A stretch of DNA of 63,409 nucleotides, the filler included, from Basidiobolus ranarum (Eukaryota), in assembly GCA_040143965.1 (NCBI GenBank). It is 33 parts of 33 records of this genome, joined end to end, with 100 filler letters (N's around TTAATTAATTAA, not from the genome) between each part and the next. Parts side by side here need not be neighbours in the genome. Positions count along the whole stretch, not along the records: positions 48,170 to 49,988 come from JASJQH010011145.1; positions 50,089 to 51,906 come from JASJQH010011146.1; positions 52,007 to 53,824 come from JASJQH010011147.1; positions 53,925 to 55,742 come from JASJQH010011148.1; positions 55,843 to 57,660 come from JASJQH010011149.1; positions 57,761 to 59,577 come from JASJQH010011150.1; positions 59,678 to 61,493 come from JASJQH010011151.1; positions 61,594 to 63,409 come from JASJQH010011152.1; 25 more parts are not named here. The stretch is one strand, 5' to 3'. Positions 49,290 to 62,440 of this stretch are shown piece after piece. Under the pieces are notes generated by a model, which saw only the letters and a program-made list of their open reading frames with translations, was not told the origin of the DNA and searched no databases. The position numbers and the translations under genes were made by a program. How positions within the stretch are numbered: position 1 is the first letter of the stretch; each line of letters begins with the position of its first letter.

Positions 49290-49486
49290 TGCAGTGTGGT
49301 AGTGTTGCTACCCACTGGCAGGTTGACTTATTTCCACTCCAAGCTCAATTCATTACTATTGCAAAACTTCTATTTTATTATCCATATTTGACCTACCCGT
49401 ATTTTCTGGCCAATCATAAGACACCATTAGTATTATCCGCTATTATTTCAGATTTATCAGTATTAACCCACATTAGCCCTATTTTT

Positions 49487-49519
49487 TTCTGGAAAATTCT
49501 ACAATCTTCTGGAACATTC
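49487..49519. promoter_or_regulatory. Heat-shock-element-like array (alternating TTC/GAA at 5-bp spacing)
   Basis: TTCtgGAAaaTTCtaCAAtcTTCtgGAAcaTTC gives 7 in-phase units with one mismatch. Confidence 0.45.
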
Positions 49520-49658
49520 AATAAGATTCTTGGAATATGAGATGATTAAATGATTTTTGATCAGTCAAAACTTGGTTTTGCCATAACATTCCATGACTTT
49601 CTGGATTATTCTACAATCCACCAGAACATTCCATGGATTACTAATCTTATGACTTATG

Positions 49659-49988
49659 TGTTGAAGTTTATTGTCTTTATCATATTTATTATCTCTATCT
49701 TTATACACCTAACTATTTCATATATCACATATAAGTTAGTTAACATTACTTAGTAAAATATCACTTAGCTGAAAATTGGAACATATATTATATATATATG
49801 TGAATAATGTGAGAATTAGCAATTCCATATTGGAAATTTCAAACTTGTCCAAATTGCCCCAAAGAGAGCTCATTTTACTCCCACAGATGTTCTGAACACA
49901 ACCCCAGTGTTAGTTTTCCGTATTTCCACCAAAAAGTATAAATGCTTTATTTCTTGACAATAAACAATTATCTCACAAAGCTATTCAC
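49659..49988 (+). repeat. LTR-A, nearly complete
   Basis: TGTTGAAGTTTATTGTC start, truncated by the contig end. Confidence 0.88.
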
Positions 49989-51276
49989 NNNNNNNNNNNN
50001 NNNNNNNNNNNNNNNNNNNNNNNNNNNNNNNNTTAATTAATTAANNNNNNNNNNNNNNNNNNNNNNNNNNNNNNNNNNNNNNNNNNNNTTTGGGCTGGTG
50101 GAACTGTCTAATAAGCACAGCATGGCTTGGCCTCACGGCGATACAATGGAATTGTCTTAATGTCGCATTCGCGAATATGTGACCTGATTTGACGATCTAG
50201 CTCAATGTATTGAGAAAGGCGATGGTTGCTGCGTCACAAAAAGAGACATTATCATCGCAAATGAAGCGAGATATGGGCAAGCGATTTCCAGGCGCTTTAA
50301 TTGGTGGCGATATGACTAGATTCCCATGAAATTCTCGATATATTATGGCCCTTTGTGTTCCTACCGCTCCTGAATCCAGGTTTGGTAGACAATTATGGTT
50401 ACGGCTAATCATAGGGCCTGATTCGTAAGAAATTCCACCAGAGGTATGATTGGTTACCCTATCGAACATACTCTAACCATAACCCCAGATCGATGATAAA
50501 TTCCAATCCATGCCATGCCGTGCCTTGAGTTTGCGGCTCAAAACAGCACAAGCTCTGCCAACAACTATTTAAGTAATCAAGTAACAGCTCTATTACCTTT
50601 TCCATTTCATATGTCGCGTGATAGGCATTTAATGTAGCATGTACTCAAGAGTATTTTCTATAGAATCTTACACATACCCCTCGATTTGACAAGTCGCTTA
50701 GCCCCATAATCTCTACTATAGTAAGGATTGTGCATACACGGTTATACTAACCTTAAGTCCTGTTAATGGCTACGGGTATAATCCATGCAATGCACGAGGA
50801 GGATGATTACCAGTTGAGTGTCTAATGAGTATCAGAATAACTGAAATATATGAAGGTTTAGTCACCACGGAAACACTGCTAGTTCAGAGAAACTGCACTA
50901 ACGTCAGCTTATATCATTTAGCATTTGTACAAAAAGAAACCAGTGGTATACATCAGAGAAATTGAAATAATAAGAATTCAGCTGCGGTACATAAGTTTTC
51001 TTAATTAAATTTCAGGAAAGCATGCTGTATGTGGGTATATTATTTTAATGGGAAATTATTGGCTCACAAAGAAAGGTTTTGCTTATAGACATTTGGCCTC
51101 ATTAGGATATCAGCCAAGGGGAAGTTTGTGAGCTTGATGTACATGTAGCACAAAAGGTAAATATTTTTACACTAGTATGTATGGCTGAGTTGGCCAACAA
51201 TTTAGCTGCTAGAATCTGGCATGCCATTCCATTCTTATTATTAAGTATTCTTCAGTAAACTCCAGTATCTAATCCC

Positions 51277-51790
51277 TGTTGAAATTTGCATTGCCTAAAC
51301 ACCTTTATGGTCATACATAGCTTAGTATATAGTTATCCTATATTAAACTAATACATAACCCATTATTCTCATGAGGAATTTACTTACAAGTTTGAAGATC
51401 TATAGATTGTTCAAACTTGAGCTCAAAGCCTCAGATTTTGCACACATGTTCCTGGGACCTTTCTTAACAAGTTCTAAATGTTAGTTTGTTTACATCTTGA
51501 CAAAAGTATAAATGGTAACTTTCTACTCAACAAATCAATAAGTGAAAACCACCAATTTCTCTAATTCTCCAAACCACTTTCAACAGGCTCCCAAATACTT
51601 TAACAAGTGATGAGCCCCAAGCTTGCACTCTCTGTAATGGCTACCTCTCAAATCTAAGAAACTTTTCCTTCTTCAGAAAATTTGTATGAAAAAATTATCA
51701 AGTTTGGAAAATTAAAATGAATATATGGCTGCAAGAAATAGGACTTTGGGACACTGTTATAGGAGAAGAAAACAATGTAAACTATCTGAA
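51277..51790 (+). mobile_element. 5' end of copia family B: LTR (51277-51605), PBS, decayed gag start
   Basis: TTTAACA-AGTGATGAGCCCC, then a YQVWKIKMNIWLQEIGLW-type gag segment. Confidence 0.8.
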
Positions 51791-52006
51791 ACCAAAGTTT
51801 TACTCCAGGCTAAAAAAGGGTTAGGGGGGAGACAGTCACCAAAAGGTGAAATCTTTATTTCAAACAAAACAAAGAAGCCATAACTACTTTTGTAGTTTCT
51901 TAACTANNNNNNNNNNNNNNNNNNNNNNNNNNNNNNNNNNNNNNNNNNNNTTAATTAATTAANNNNNNNNNNNNNNNNNNNNNNNNNNNNNNNNNNNNNN
52001 NNNNNN

Positions 52007-53396
52007 GAGCCCCAGACTGTAAAAGAGGCCCTTAATGACCCTCACACAAAATATTGGAGATCTGCAATGGCTGATGAGTACCAGGCTTTGATTGATAACT
52101 AAACTCTGGATTTTAACAAACTTACGTGATGATAGAAAATCAATTGGCTGCCAATGGGTGTTTAAAGTTAAATGCAGCTACAAAGACAATATAGCAAGGT
52201 ACAAGGCTAGAATAGTAGCCAAAGTCTATTCCCAAACACCAGGAACAGATTATACAGAAACCTTTGCCCCAGCAGTAAAGTTTATTCAATTAGATAGAAT
52301 TTAGCAATTTCAGCTCAGTATCAGTTTATTATACATCAAATGGATATAAAAACTGCTTTTTTCTTTGGTGAGCTTGCTGAGGAGATCTATATGGACCAGC
52401 CAGACAGATTTATGGACCCAGAAAACCATAAAAAAGTTTGCAGACTCTGTAAAACACTCTATGGCTTAAAACAATCTCCAAGAACTTGGAAGAGCAAGAT
52501 AGATACTTTTTTGTATACACTTAAATACCAAAAGAGTAATGCTGACTATAGTATCTACTTCAGGCCAGCTAAGACCAACCCAGTTTTATTAGCCTTAAAT
52601 GTAGATGATCTTATTATAGCAACCAATGACTTGGAGACTCTGGAGAAACCAAATCCAGCTTATCTGACAAATTCAAAATGACTGATCTTGGTAAACTGAT
52701 GTACTATCTTGGAATCCAAATTAAGAAAGATAGAACTACCAAAATAACAACTTTAAACCAGTCTAAGTATATCCTAGGTACTCTAACAAAGTTTATAATT
52801 CAAGAATGTAATCCAGTATCTACCCCAATGGAGACAAATCTTAACTTGAACAAAAATGGCTCAAATCAGATGTTTTTGGATTCAAATGGAAGCCATAAAT
52901 TTCCTTATCAACCTATAGTTGTTAGTTTGATATATAGCCTGGTTGGAACATGGCCAGATATTGCACATTCTGTAGGAGTTGTGTGCCAATATCTTCAAAA
53001 TTATGGAACTATTCAAATCATAGCAGTTAAGCAGATTTTCAGATATTTGAAAGGTACTGTGGATCTGTACTTAGAATATAAGTATTCCGGATAAAACTTT
53101 GATCTAATGGGATATTCAAATGCAAATTGGGGAAGAGATATTGAAGAGAGGAGATCTACATCAGGATATGTATTTCTTTGTGGTAATGGAGCTATTTCTT
53201 GAAATTCACAGAAATAACCTACCACAGCACTTTCAACAACAGAAGCTGAATATATGGCTGCCTGAGAAGCAACAAAAGAAGAAATATGGTTAAGAAAACT
53301 GTTAGCAGATTGGGCTTATTCTCAAAATTCACCAACCAGAATATTTCAAGATAATTGAAGTTATATCAAATTAGCTAAAATCCCATGATTCATAAT
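52007..53396 (+). mobile_element. Copia RT-RNase H remnant (family B-like)
   Basis: IGCQWVFK, RYKARIVAK, HQMDIKTAF, LYGLKQSPR, VDDLII and ALSTTEAEYMA motifs. Confidence 0.92.
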
Positions 53397-53824
53397 CCCT
53401 AACAGAAATTTGAGGTCTATTATTGTAGGAAAACTGTCATAATTTTAATCCATTTAGGATTGACTGCTTACTTACCATCATAAAAGCATCAAGTTAGATT
53501 TGATTTTAATCAATTTTTTCTGTTTCAGGAGTGAAATTTCAAGATCTTGCAAAGTAGTTGCGCATGATTGGCTACAATCACAGAGAACTATGGATCAACA
53601 CATGTGTGAAAAATGTAACTCAAATTTTACATGATCACCACTTGAATGCTAATTTGTCACCTTCAAAATCCCTAGTCTCTTTGATATATTCTCCTGAATA
53701 TTTTTATAGAGTCCTTCATACCCAAGGTTTAGCTCATACCCAACACAAGTTTGTGTCAATATCTCCATCAAAGCCCACCATTGTATTAATGTTGCTGAAT
53801 CAACATTCTTCCAGCTATCTGGCG
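53397..53824 (+). mobile_element. Putative left end of the CACTA-like element inserted into copia RNase H
   Basis: Starts abruptly with CCCTAACAGAAATTTGAGG; four copies in the window. Confidence 0.65.
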
Positions 53825-55339
53825 NNNNNNNNNNNNNNNNNNNNNNNNNNNNNNNNNNNNNNNNNNNNTTAATTAATTAANNNNNNNNNNNNNNNNNNNN
53901 NNNNNNNNNNNNNNNNNNNNNNNNATCTAAAAATAATGAATCAAGCAATCCTGATCATTACCATCATACTGCAGATTGATCCATCATCAAGTGCTATGAT
54001 TTGTCACCAGTGTGCTAAAACCTAAACAAAGGATGGTCGAGGAAAGTAGTGGAGCAAGTGTCAGGTTTAGATGAATGTTTCTACGTATCTGTATTGATAG
54101 TGATACCTATCAATGGCCGAATCCCGATTCATACTAATATTGTGAATATTGGCTGAGATCCAAGATGCCAATACGTCGCATCAAGCACTGAGCTAGTTCG
54201 AAGAGCACCTTGAGGTCATGTTATTGGAGATTGAGCTGGGAGCTAACTGCGCCTGTAACATTTGCATATCCGAAAAGTGTGGATCCTGAAGATCCTGAAT
54301 CATCCCTCATATATTTCTCAGCTCACGAGTGGATTTTAAAAGTGGAATGGCTGACCGTATCCCAACGTAGACCTGTTCCAATTTAGTAGTGGTATCGAAT
54401 CACTTGAATGATTATGGCTGACTATTGCCGAGTACTTGGTGAAGGCGGCCAAACACTCGATAGTAATGGGATGCTACCTGAATCACTGGAAGGCGGGTGA
54501 ATATGACCTAGCCATGGAGTCAGCAAATCAGCTGTAGCGGCAAAAGCCATTTCTGACTAAATCATAAACACGGCGTGCCGTTTGTAGATTGAAGATTACA
54601 AGTTATCATGTATTTGGTCCATTTTCCACTGCATGACGATTGAGAAGCAAAGTGCAACATATGGTAACCAGACGTTGATGCTACAAACCTTTGAAAACTC
54701 CGGAACTTTTCCATTCATGTCGATGTTTTTCACTCAGCAAGATTGAAGCAAGAATGAGGATGATACTTCAAGTTGGATTTAAGGTCTTGAATGCCGTTTA
54801 AAGCTTCCGATGCTTCTTTCACCATTCCTATTAGAGATGCAGCCAAGCTACACTTGCTATCCACTGTATGTGCAGAAACAGCTGTGTTGCATATTTCATA
54901 CTTTCATCCTTTTGTTTCTAATTGCCTGTCTAACGCATTGAAATTGGACCTGAATATTCTATTATTTTGAATGATATATTTGACTAGCAAAACGAATGGA
55001 AAGACCTAGACCTAACAGATAACATATAAATTACAATAAAGAGCCTCGATTATATTGGCCCTGTAGAAAATTGAAATGGAGTTAGATTGCCTTTATTAGG
55101 TTAGAAATCTGTATATGTTGCAAAAACCTCATCTTAGTGCACTTTAATTTGTGAGCAGATTCAATACTTTCCATCATGCAAATGTTAAAAATATTTTGTT
55201 TGCAGCAAGCATAGTGAAATTTGTTTCCCTCTGATCAACAGTGAATTAAAACTAGGAGCAACACTATGGCAATATTTATATCAAGTGCCCAGTTAAACAT
55301 GTATTATGTCTATAGCTAATAGTACTTCTTACCAAGTAT

Positions 55340-55467
55340 TTTATAAAAGTATTTGGGAGCCTGTTGGAAGTGGTTTGGAGAAATACAGAAGTTAGTGATT
55401 TTCAGTTACTGACTTATTGAGTAGAAAGTTGACATTGATAGTGTTGTCAAGATGTAAGCAAACTACC
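55340..55467 (-). repeat. LTR-B, 3' part
   Basis: AAAGTATTTGGGAGCCTGTTGGAAGTGG. Confidence 0.75.
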
Positions 55468-55742
55468 TGTCATGATTCTGATCTCAGCATACTGATCCAC
55501 TGCAAATGGAACTCTTCTATTATTAGATTGTGACATCATATCTACTGTGCCATCCCTTCTGGGCAATCTGGTGTCAGTTCATCCAGATTACCTTATATGG
55601 AAGTCATGTTCTTTGGAACATTCCATGAAACCTGACCAATCATCCCATCCCACACATAGTGTATTTCCACCAAGACCTTCTATGGAAGGTCACCTGATTA
55701 TCCTTACATCATCCTGACATCATCCCTCTTTGTATTGGTCCT
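55468..55742 (+). repeat. LTR-D, 5' half
   Basis: TGTCATGATT start, colinear with 5915-6180. Confidence 0.8.
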
Positions 55743-55842
55743 NNNNNNNNNNNNNNNNNNNNNNNNNNNNNNNNNNNNNNNNNNNNTTAATTAATTAANN
55801 NNNNNNNNNNNNNNNNNNNNNNNNNNNNNNNNNNNNNNNNNN

Positions 55843-56686
55843 TAAAGTTGCACCAATACTTTCCAGCTGCTTTGCCAAAGATCTCACATTTGTAATATGA
55901 GTAACCATGCTTTCAGACTTTTCCATCTTTATATTGAAGAATTTTTGTCTGAGAAAGAGTCTATTAGCAAGACTCTTTGCTTCATAACACTCTTCCAATA
56001 TAGTCCAAGCTTGATGGGAAGTCTTTGCATATTGAATATTCACAAGTTGTGAATCCTTCCAACTTTGACAAATTACATTAGAACCCTTCTTGTCCCTTTT
56101 CTTGTAAGCTTCCAATAAAGAAGGGTCAGAAGGTTCCTTTTCTTCTCCAGAGACTACATCCCAAAGCTCCCTGTCTTCCAGCATTATTTGCATCTTGAAC
56201 TTCCAGAAATTGTAATTTTCTCCATCAAGCTTTTCAACACTTGAGTTAATAAAAGTGGTAGTAGTAGTTTCTGTCATGCTGTTAAGGTTAGAACACAGGG
56301 CTTATAATCTATTGGGAAAATATGGGCTTTTGGAGGAACTTTAGAAGAGTGGAGTTGTGAGTAGCTTTGTGAGATAATTATTTATTGTCCAGAAATAAAG
56401 CATTTATACATTTTGGTGGAAATAAAGAAGACTAATACTGGGGTTGTGTTCAGAACAACTGTGGGAGTAAAATGAGCTATCTTTGGGGCAATTTGGATGA
56501 GTTTGAAATTTCCAATATGGAATTGCTAATTCTCACAGTATTCACTTATATATAAAATATGTGTTCCAATTTTCAGCTAAGTGACATTTGACTAAGTAAT
56601 GTTAACTAACTTATATGTGATCTATTAAATAGTAAGGTGTATAAAGATAGTGATAACAAATATGATAAAGACAATAAACTTCAACA
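55843..56686 (-). mobile_element. 5' end of copia family A: LTR (56310-56686), PBS, open gag from 56277
   Basis: MTETTTTTFINSSVEKLDGENYNFWKFKMQIMLEDRELW…; PBS GATTATAAGCCCTG. Confidence 0.9.
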
Positions 56687-57480
56687 CAAGTATCACTTTA
56701 CTGCTCTTATCTGTCATAAAGTAGATCCAAAAACCCACCAAACTCTTTTGGAAGCAAGCATTTATCTTAGTGTACCAGGCCTTGGGTGATTGTTAAAGTC
56801 CAAAAAGTGATTTTTGTAGCTTACACACATCCTGGATTTTTAAGCTGTGTTATGCTGCTACTGCTAGTGCGGTTCTGCCGGAATTAAACATTGCTACAGG
56901 AGCAAATGTTTCACTATATTCCACTCCTTCCATTTGAGAGTATCTTTTAGCCACAACTCTGGCTTTATATCTTTCTACAGTTCCATTAGCTTGCTGTTTA
57001 ACTTTAAACACCCTTGTGCACCCCATTGATTTTGGTCATCAGCTAACTTAATCAAAGTCCAAGTTTAGTTATTTATGAGTGACTGATACTGCTCTGCCAT
57101 TGAAGTACTCCAAAACTCTGTGTTGGAACTCTCCATGTCCTCCTGTACTGATTTGGGTTTATCAGAAAAGGCTAAATTAGCATTAGGCTCCTTTTGGCTA
57201 GTGTGAGAGTAGTAATCAGATGGAGATCTCATCCCATTGGATCTCCTAAGATGGGAAATTGGCAATAAAACTTCTGGTACTAATTTAGGCAATGAAACCA
57301 CCTCAGGCCCAGTTGAAGACACTGCAGGTAAGGAATTTTTAATATTTTTCTCAGTGATCAGGATATGGTGAGAGAAAGAAGAATTTTCATTAATTTTTAG
57401 TTGTTTTTCTTGATCCTGGATTGTTTTGATTGAAGATTTCTCTTCTTCAGCAAATCCCACATTGCTTGACTAGATTAGCT
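56687..57480 (-). mobile_element. Copia integrase tail and RT start (host of the nested insertion)
   Basis: Homologous to 37522-38463; RYKARVVAK, ETFAPVA and QSPKAWY motifs. Confidence 0.82.
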
Positions 57481-57760
57481 TAAAATACAAAGTATCAGAA
57501 ATATAACACCTACCTGTCAGTACTTCCTTTGAGCCAGTCAGGCCCTTTCTAGCCACACAGTAGCCTGTAACTGTCTCTAGTAGTCTCTCTTGATCTTCCT
57601 CTCCAAAGGTCTTGTAAGTGGTGATGAAAATAAAGGGTGATCACAAGTAGTAATTGTTAGNNNNNNNNNNNNNNNNNNNNNNNNNNNNNNNNNNNNNNNN
57701 NNNNTTAATTAATTAANNNNNNNNNNNNNNNNNNNNNNNNNNNNNNNNNNNNNNNNNNNN

Positions 57761-59577
57761 ATGAGAAGCAACCTTCTGACCCTTCTTCATTGGAAGCTTA
57801 CAAGAAAAGAGACAAGAAGCCCTTTAATGTCATTTGTCAAAGCTTGAAGGATTTACAACTTGTGAATATTCAATATGCAAAGACTTCCCATCAAGCTTGG
57901 ACTTTATTAGAAGAGTGTTTTGAAGCAAAGAGTCTTGCTAATAGACTCTTTCTGAGATGAAAATTCTTCAATACAAAAATGGAAAAGTCTGACAGCATGG
58001 TTACTCATATTGCAAATGTGAAATCTTTGGCAAAACAACTGGAATATATTGGTGCAATTCTACAGGAAGAAGATGTCATCATGACTCTTATAAGTTGTCT
58101 ACCAAAACACTATTCAAACTTGGTCACTACTTTGGGAGAAAGATCTGACAAGTTATCATTGGAGTTTGTGGTGGCAAGACTAATGGATCAACACCTGAGT
58201 AGTAAGAATTTGGAAAAAGGATCTGAGGCAGGGGCTCTTTTTCAAGCTGGAAAATGTAGCTTTAGTAAGTGCAAAGGTTACAGAAGAAGGAAAACCAGGC
58301 TTATGCTGTGGTTGTAACAAACCTGGACACCAGTTAAAAGATTGCATATCAAGAAATTACTACAAAAATGAGAAGTCAGAACAAGCAAATCAGGCCTTAA
58401 CTAAAGAGAAGTTTTATTCATTTCCGCCCTATCAGTGACCTCTGAGCAAAAGTGTATGATGTTGTTTTTGATTCTGGAGCCTCTCAACAATTCTCCAATC
58501 AAAAAACTGGTTTAAGACACTCAAACTGACATAAACAGAAGGTTTATATGGGAGATGACCAGCTACTAAAAGCTCTGGCAGTGGGAGAAGTTGAAGTTGG
58601 TCTTGGGGGCATCTCTGGGGACATGTATTTGACACTACAAATATGTTATATGTGCCTGGGATAGCAAAATTTTTGTTATCAGTGAGCACAGTTCCATCTG
58701 AGGGATAAAGCTTCAATTTTGATCAAAATGGCTGTACAATCAGGGATCACAAAGAGGCTTATGTAGCTTTGGAAGCTGAGCAAAATAATTTAAAGAAACT
58801 TCATTATACTAGGCCAATATATGAACAAGCTAATACTGCCACAGCTGAAGAGATAGACTGGACAATCTGGCATCGGAGATTGGGTCATCTAAGAGCTGAA
58901 AATATGAGAAATTTAATCAAAAACAAGATGGTTTTGGCACTCAATTTTGTAAGTCTACCAGATCTGGAATTATGTAAAGGTTGCCAATATGACCGGCATC
59001 ACAGAGAGCCATTTGTGGGCTCTGGAATGAGCAAAACGGATCAAAAATTGGGCCTGATACACTCAGATCTGTGTGGCCCAATGCAGACAAAATGCTTAGG
59101 CAGAAAAACCAATATTATGACCTTAATTGATGATAAGACAAAGGACACTTGGGTGTACTTTCTGGCCAGTAAGGATGAAGCCGTTGATACCTTCAAGAAA
59201 TTCAAAGCCATGGTGGAGTCTGTAATAGGTCTGAAGATTGAGATTATCCATACTAAAAATGGAGAGGAATATATCTCAAAGCTCTTCTCTGACTTCTGCT
59301 CAACAGATGAGATAAAACAGCAGCCTACAGTGCCATATTCCTTGCAGCAGAATGGAGTAGTAGAACTAGCAAATAGATCAGTAATGGAAAAGGCAAGATC
59401 AATGCTTCATGATCTTGATTTACCAAAACAATTCTGGGCTGAATTGGTAGCAATTGCAGTATATACTAGGAATAGATGTCCTTCTGGGTCTCTATGGGCT
59501 ATGACACCTTATCAAGCTTGGTTTACAAGTAAACCTGATGTGGCTAATCTCAGAGTTTATGGAACTGCCACATATTC
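57761..59577 (+). mobile_element. Copia family A gag-pol: gag, zinc knuckle, protease, GAG-pre-integrase, integrase core
   Basis: CCGCNKPGHQLKDC, FDSGAS, WHRRLGH, IHSDLCGPM, IDDKT, PYS.QQNGV.E and LPKQFWAE motifs; a few stops and frameshifts. Confidence 0.92.
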
Positions 59578-59677
59578 NNNNNNNNNNNNNNNNNNNNNNN
59601 NNNNNNNNNNNNNNNNNNNNNTTAATTAATTAANNNNNNNNNNNNNNNNNNNNNNNNNNNNNNNNNNNNNNNNNNNN

Positions 59678-60713
59678 AAGTTGATAATTGCGTACATTTT
59701 TGAGATGTTTAATGAATAGGCCTATACTAGCCCAATTGCTATTTGCTTGCAAAAACCCAAGATAAGCCACATGAAATAAGTCAAGAACATTCAGAGTAAT
59801 GCCTGGTTTTTGGTTTTTCCACAATTGGTGCAAATGTATGTCAATTTGGGCAAGATTCTGCACAGTTTCCAAAAATGTTAAACTACTCATCATCAGAGCA
59901 AGTGATGGCAGCTGTGAAATTCAGAGTCTTGTGGTTTGCTGGTTTTCCTATGAGATTTTTACTCTTGGGTGCCCAAGCAATTTTGGGTTGTTGTGCAGGC
60001 TTAATGGTCCAACATATATTTTGCTCTGCTAGATTGTCACAGTGACATTCATATGTATGGTGTGGGATTGATTGAAATCCAGTATGAGTATGGATGAAGG
60101 GAGTAGTATGTTGCTGTAGCTCAATTACAGCATTCTGAAGGTCTTGTATCATTGTAATTGACTCTCTAACTGTTGACTAGTTGATTCCAAATGCTGCATT
60201 AATTGCAATATTGTGGCGTTATTGCTTGTCATGGCCTGTATAGCAACTTCATAGTTCTTACTTATGATTGCGTAGAAATCATTACGGTATTCTGCTGATT
60301 GCATACAAATTGTTATGGTGTTCTGCCTGCAATTCCCTTGTTGTAATAATTCTATCCCAATATTCTATGGAGGGTTGTTCAATAGTGAGCAAAGTAGCCA
60401 TTTTGGAAATTGAAGGTCTTGATGGTGTTTTGGTTGAACTTTGCTCAACTATTGAATTACTACATAGTTGGGGGAATAAAATCTCTTCACTTGCACAATG
60501 GCTGGAAAGGAACACATCCGTTGATTTGATTAATGCTTCATCATTACTTGATTTAGTTTATGGCATGTTAATGCCTTCCAAAGTGGATAGTTGATTGCTA
60601 GATAGCTTATCAATTAAGTCCTCTCTTCTTGCTGTTGTTTTTCCTTTTGTGCCAGCACGCTTTGGGTTGAATGCCAATTTTGACTTGGATTTTGAATGCT
60701 TTTCAAATGGTAT
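59678..60713 (-). pseudogene. CACTA-like accessory ORF, divergent from the transposase
   Basis: Homologous to 61594-62230 and 25770-26919. Confidence 0.65.
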
Positions 60714-60924
60714 TGAAATTTTCAGATGATAAACTTGGTGTCATGAAAATGCTTAGAAACAGCTTATAATAAATCAAGATTGCCATCCATTACTAGAAAT
60801 ATCTTGTAAATCCCTTGCTGACTCATCTGTGACACCGTCTCAGAATCAGCTTATAATATTGATGGGCTGTACCTAAAATACCACCGTTACATGGGAGGTG
60901 TTCTTTTTCTACAAAATCCTTCTC

Positions 60925-61493
60925 ATGCTACAACACAAACATTTATAGAAGCCCTGCTACTATTGTTGCAAATTCTTGTGCTATGAAAGCCAGAGGCTTC
61001 ATATAAAAAATAATCACAAGCACAGTCACTGTACAAAGCCACCAGCTGCATCAAGCCTGGTGTATAACAACAGTAATAAGTACACCAAGTTAACTTTACA
61101 TTTGCCCATTGAGTCCACTGACTGCACTTTTTCTCAAAGTTTTTATAAGACAGCCAAAAGTCAAGATACTGTGGAGTTACCACAGTTATATGACCAGAAT
61201 GATGTAGGTCAAAATGCAGCTTTGGTTGAACAAGTCAGTCCAGACAACTTTGAGGACTTGCTGCTGGATGTTGACTTTGGTTATTCCAGTAGCAATGGTA
61301 GTATATAAGAAGTTGAAGAAGAAGACAATGGTTTTGTTATGGACTCTTTGTTATCAGCAAACATTAGTAAAGGAAGTAGCATTGATTATTCAGGAGTAGA
61401 GAGTTCAATTCAATCTTAGCAACCAGGTGTTTATCGGTATTCTTAAACATCTACCACAGCTGATTGGCAGCTGTTGCTTGCCACAGACCTGGT
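60925..61493 (+). mobile_element. CACTA-like transposase N-terminus
   Basis: PCYYCCKFLCYESQRLHIKNNH (CxxC…H…H), an acidic linker, then CCLPQTW leading into the Tnp2 region seen in contig 33. Confidence 0.65.
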
Positions 61494-61593
61494 NNNNNNN
61501 NNNNNNNNNNNNNNNNNNNNNNNNNNNNNNNNNNNNNTTAATTAATTAANNNNNNNNNNNNNNNNNNNNNNNNNNNNNNNNNNNNNNNNNNNN

Positions 61594-62230
61594 CATTCAT
61601 ATGCATGGTGTGGGATTGATTGAAATCCCATATGAGAATGGATGGAGGGAGCAGCATGTTGCTGTAGCTCAAGAACAGCATTCTGAAGGTCTTCTATCAT
61701 TGTTGAGTGACTCTCTAACTGTTGCCTAGTTGCTTCCAAATGCTGCATTGATTGCAAAATTGTGGCATTATTGCTTGTCATGGCATGTATAGGAACTTTG
61801 TAGTTTTATTTATGATTGCATACAAATCATTACACTGTTCTGCCTGCAATTCCCTATTTGTAATAATTCTATTCAAATCTTTTATGGAGGGTTGCTCAAT
61901 AGTAGGCAAAGTAGCCATTTTGGAAGTTGATGGTCTTAGTGGTGTTTTGGTTGAACTTTCCTCAACTATTGATTTACTACATAATTGGGGGATTACAATC
62001 TCTTCACTTGTGCTATTGCAGGAAAGGAACATATCTGGTAAATTGATAAATGCTTCATCATTACTTGAGTTAGTTTCTGGCATGTTAATGCCTCTCAATA
62101 TGGATAGTAGATCACTAGACTGTGCACCAATAAAGTCCTCTATTCTTGCTGGTATTTTTCCTTTTGTGCCAGCAGACTTTGGCTTGGAGGCAAATTTTGA
62201 TTTAGATTTTGAATGCTTTTTGAATGGCAT
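61594..62230 (-). pseudogene. CACTA-like accessory ORF, 5' part (MPFKKHSKSKSK…)
   Basis: ORFs 61778-62230 and 61594-61781 joined by one frameshift; basic N-terminus and coiled-coil-like segment. Confidence 0.68.
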
Positions 62231-62440
62231 TTAAATTTTCAGCTGGTAAACTTAGTGTAATGAAATTTCTTAGAAACAGCTTATAATAAACTAAAGTTGC
62301 CATCCATTACCAGAAATATCTTGCAAATCCCCTGATGACTCATCTGTTACATCATCTTAGAATCAGCTGATGATATTAATGGGCTTACCCAAAATACAAC
62401 CCATATGTAGGAGGTGTTCTTTTTCCAAGATATCCTTCTC

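Noticed and set aside
1835-61593. Regularly spaced identical TTAATTAATTAA repeats resembling a CRISPR-like or programmed array
   Set aside because: They are always embedded in 44+44 Ns between length-sorted contigs, so they are a synthetic six-frame stop linker. No cas genes are present.
60268-62234. Plus-strand ORFs 60268-60594 and 61752-62234 (also 59799-60032 and 28656-28892)
   Set aside because: They are antisense to the conserved accessory ORF and carry no independent motif.
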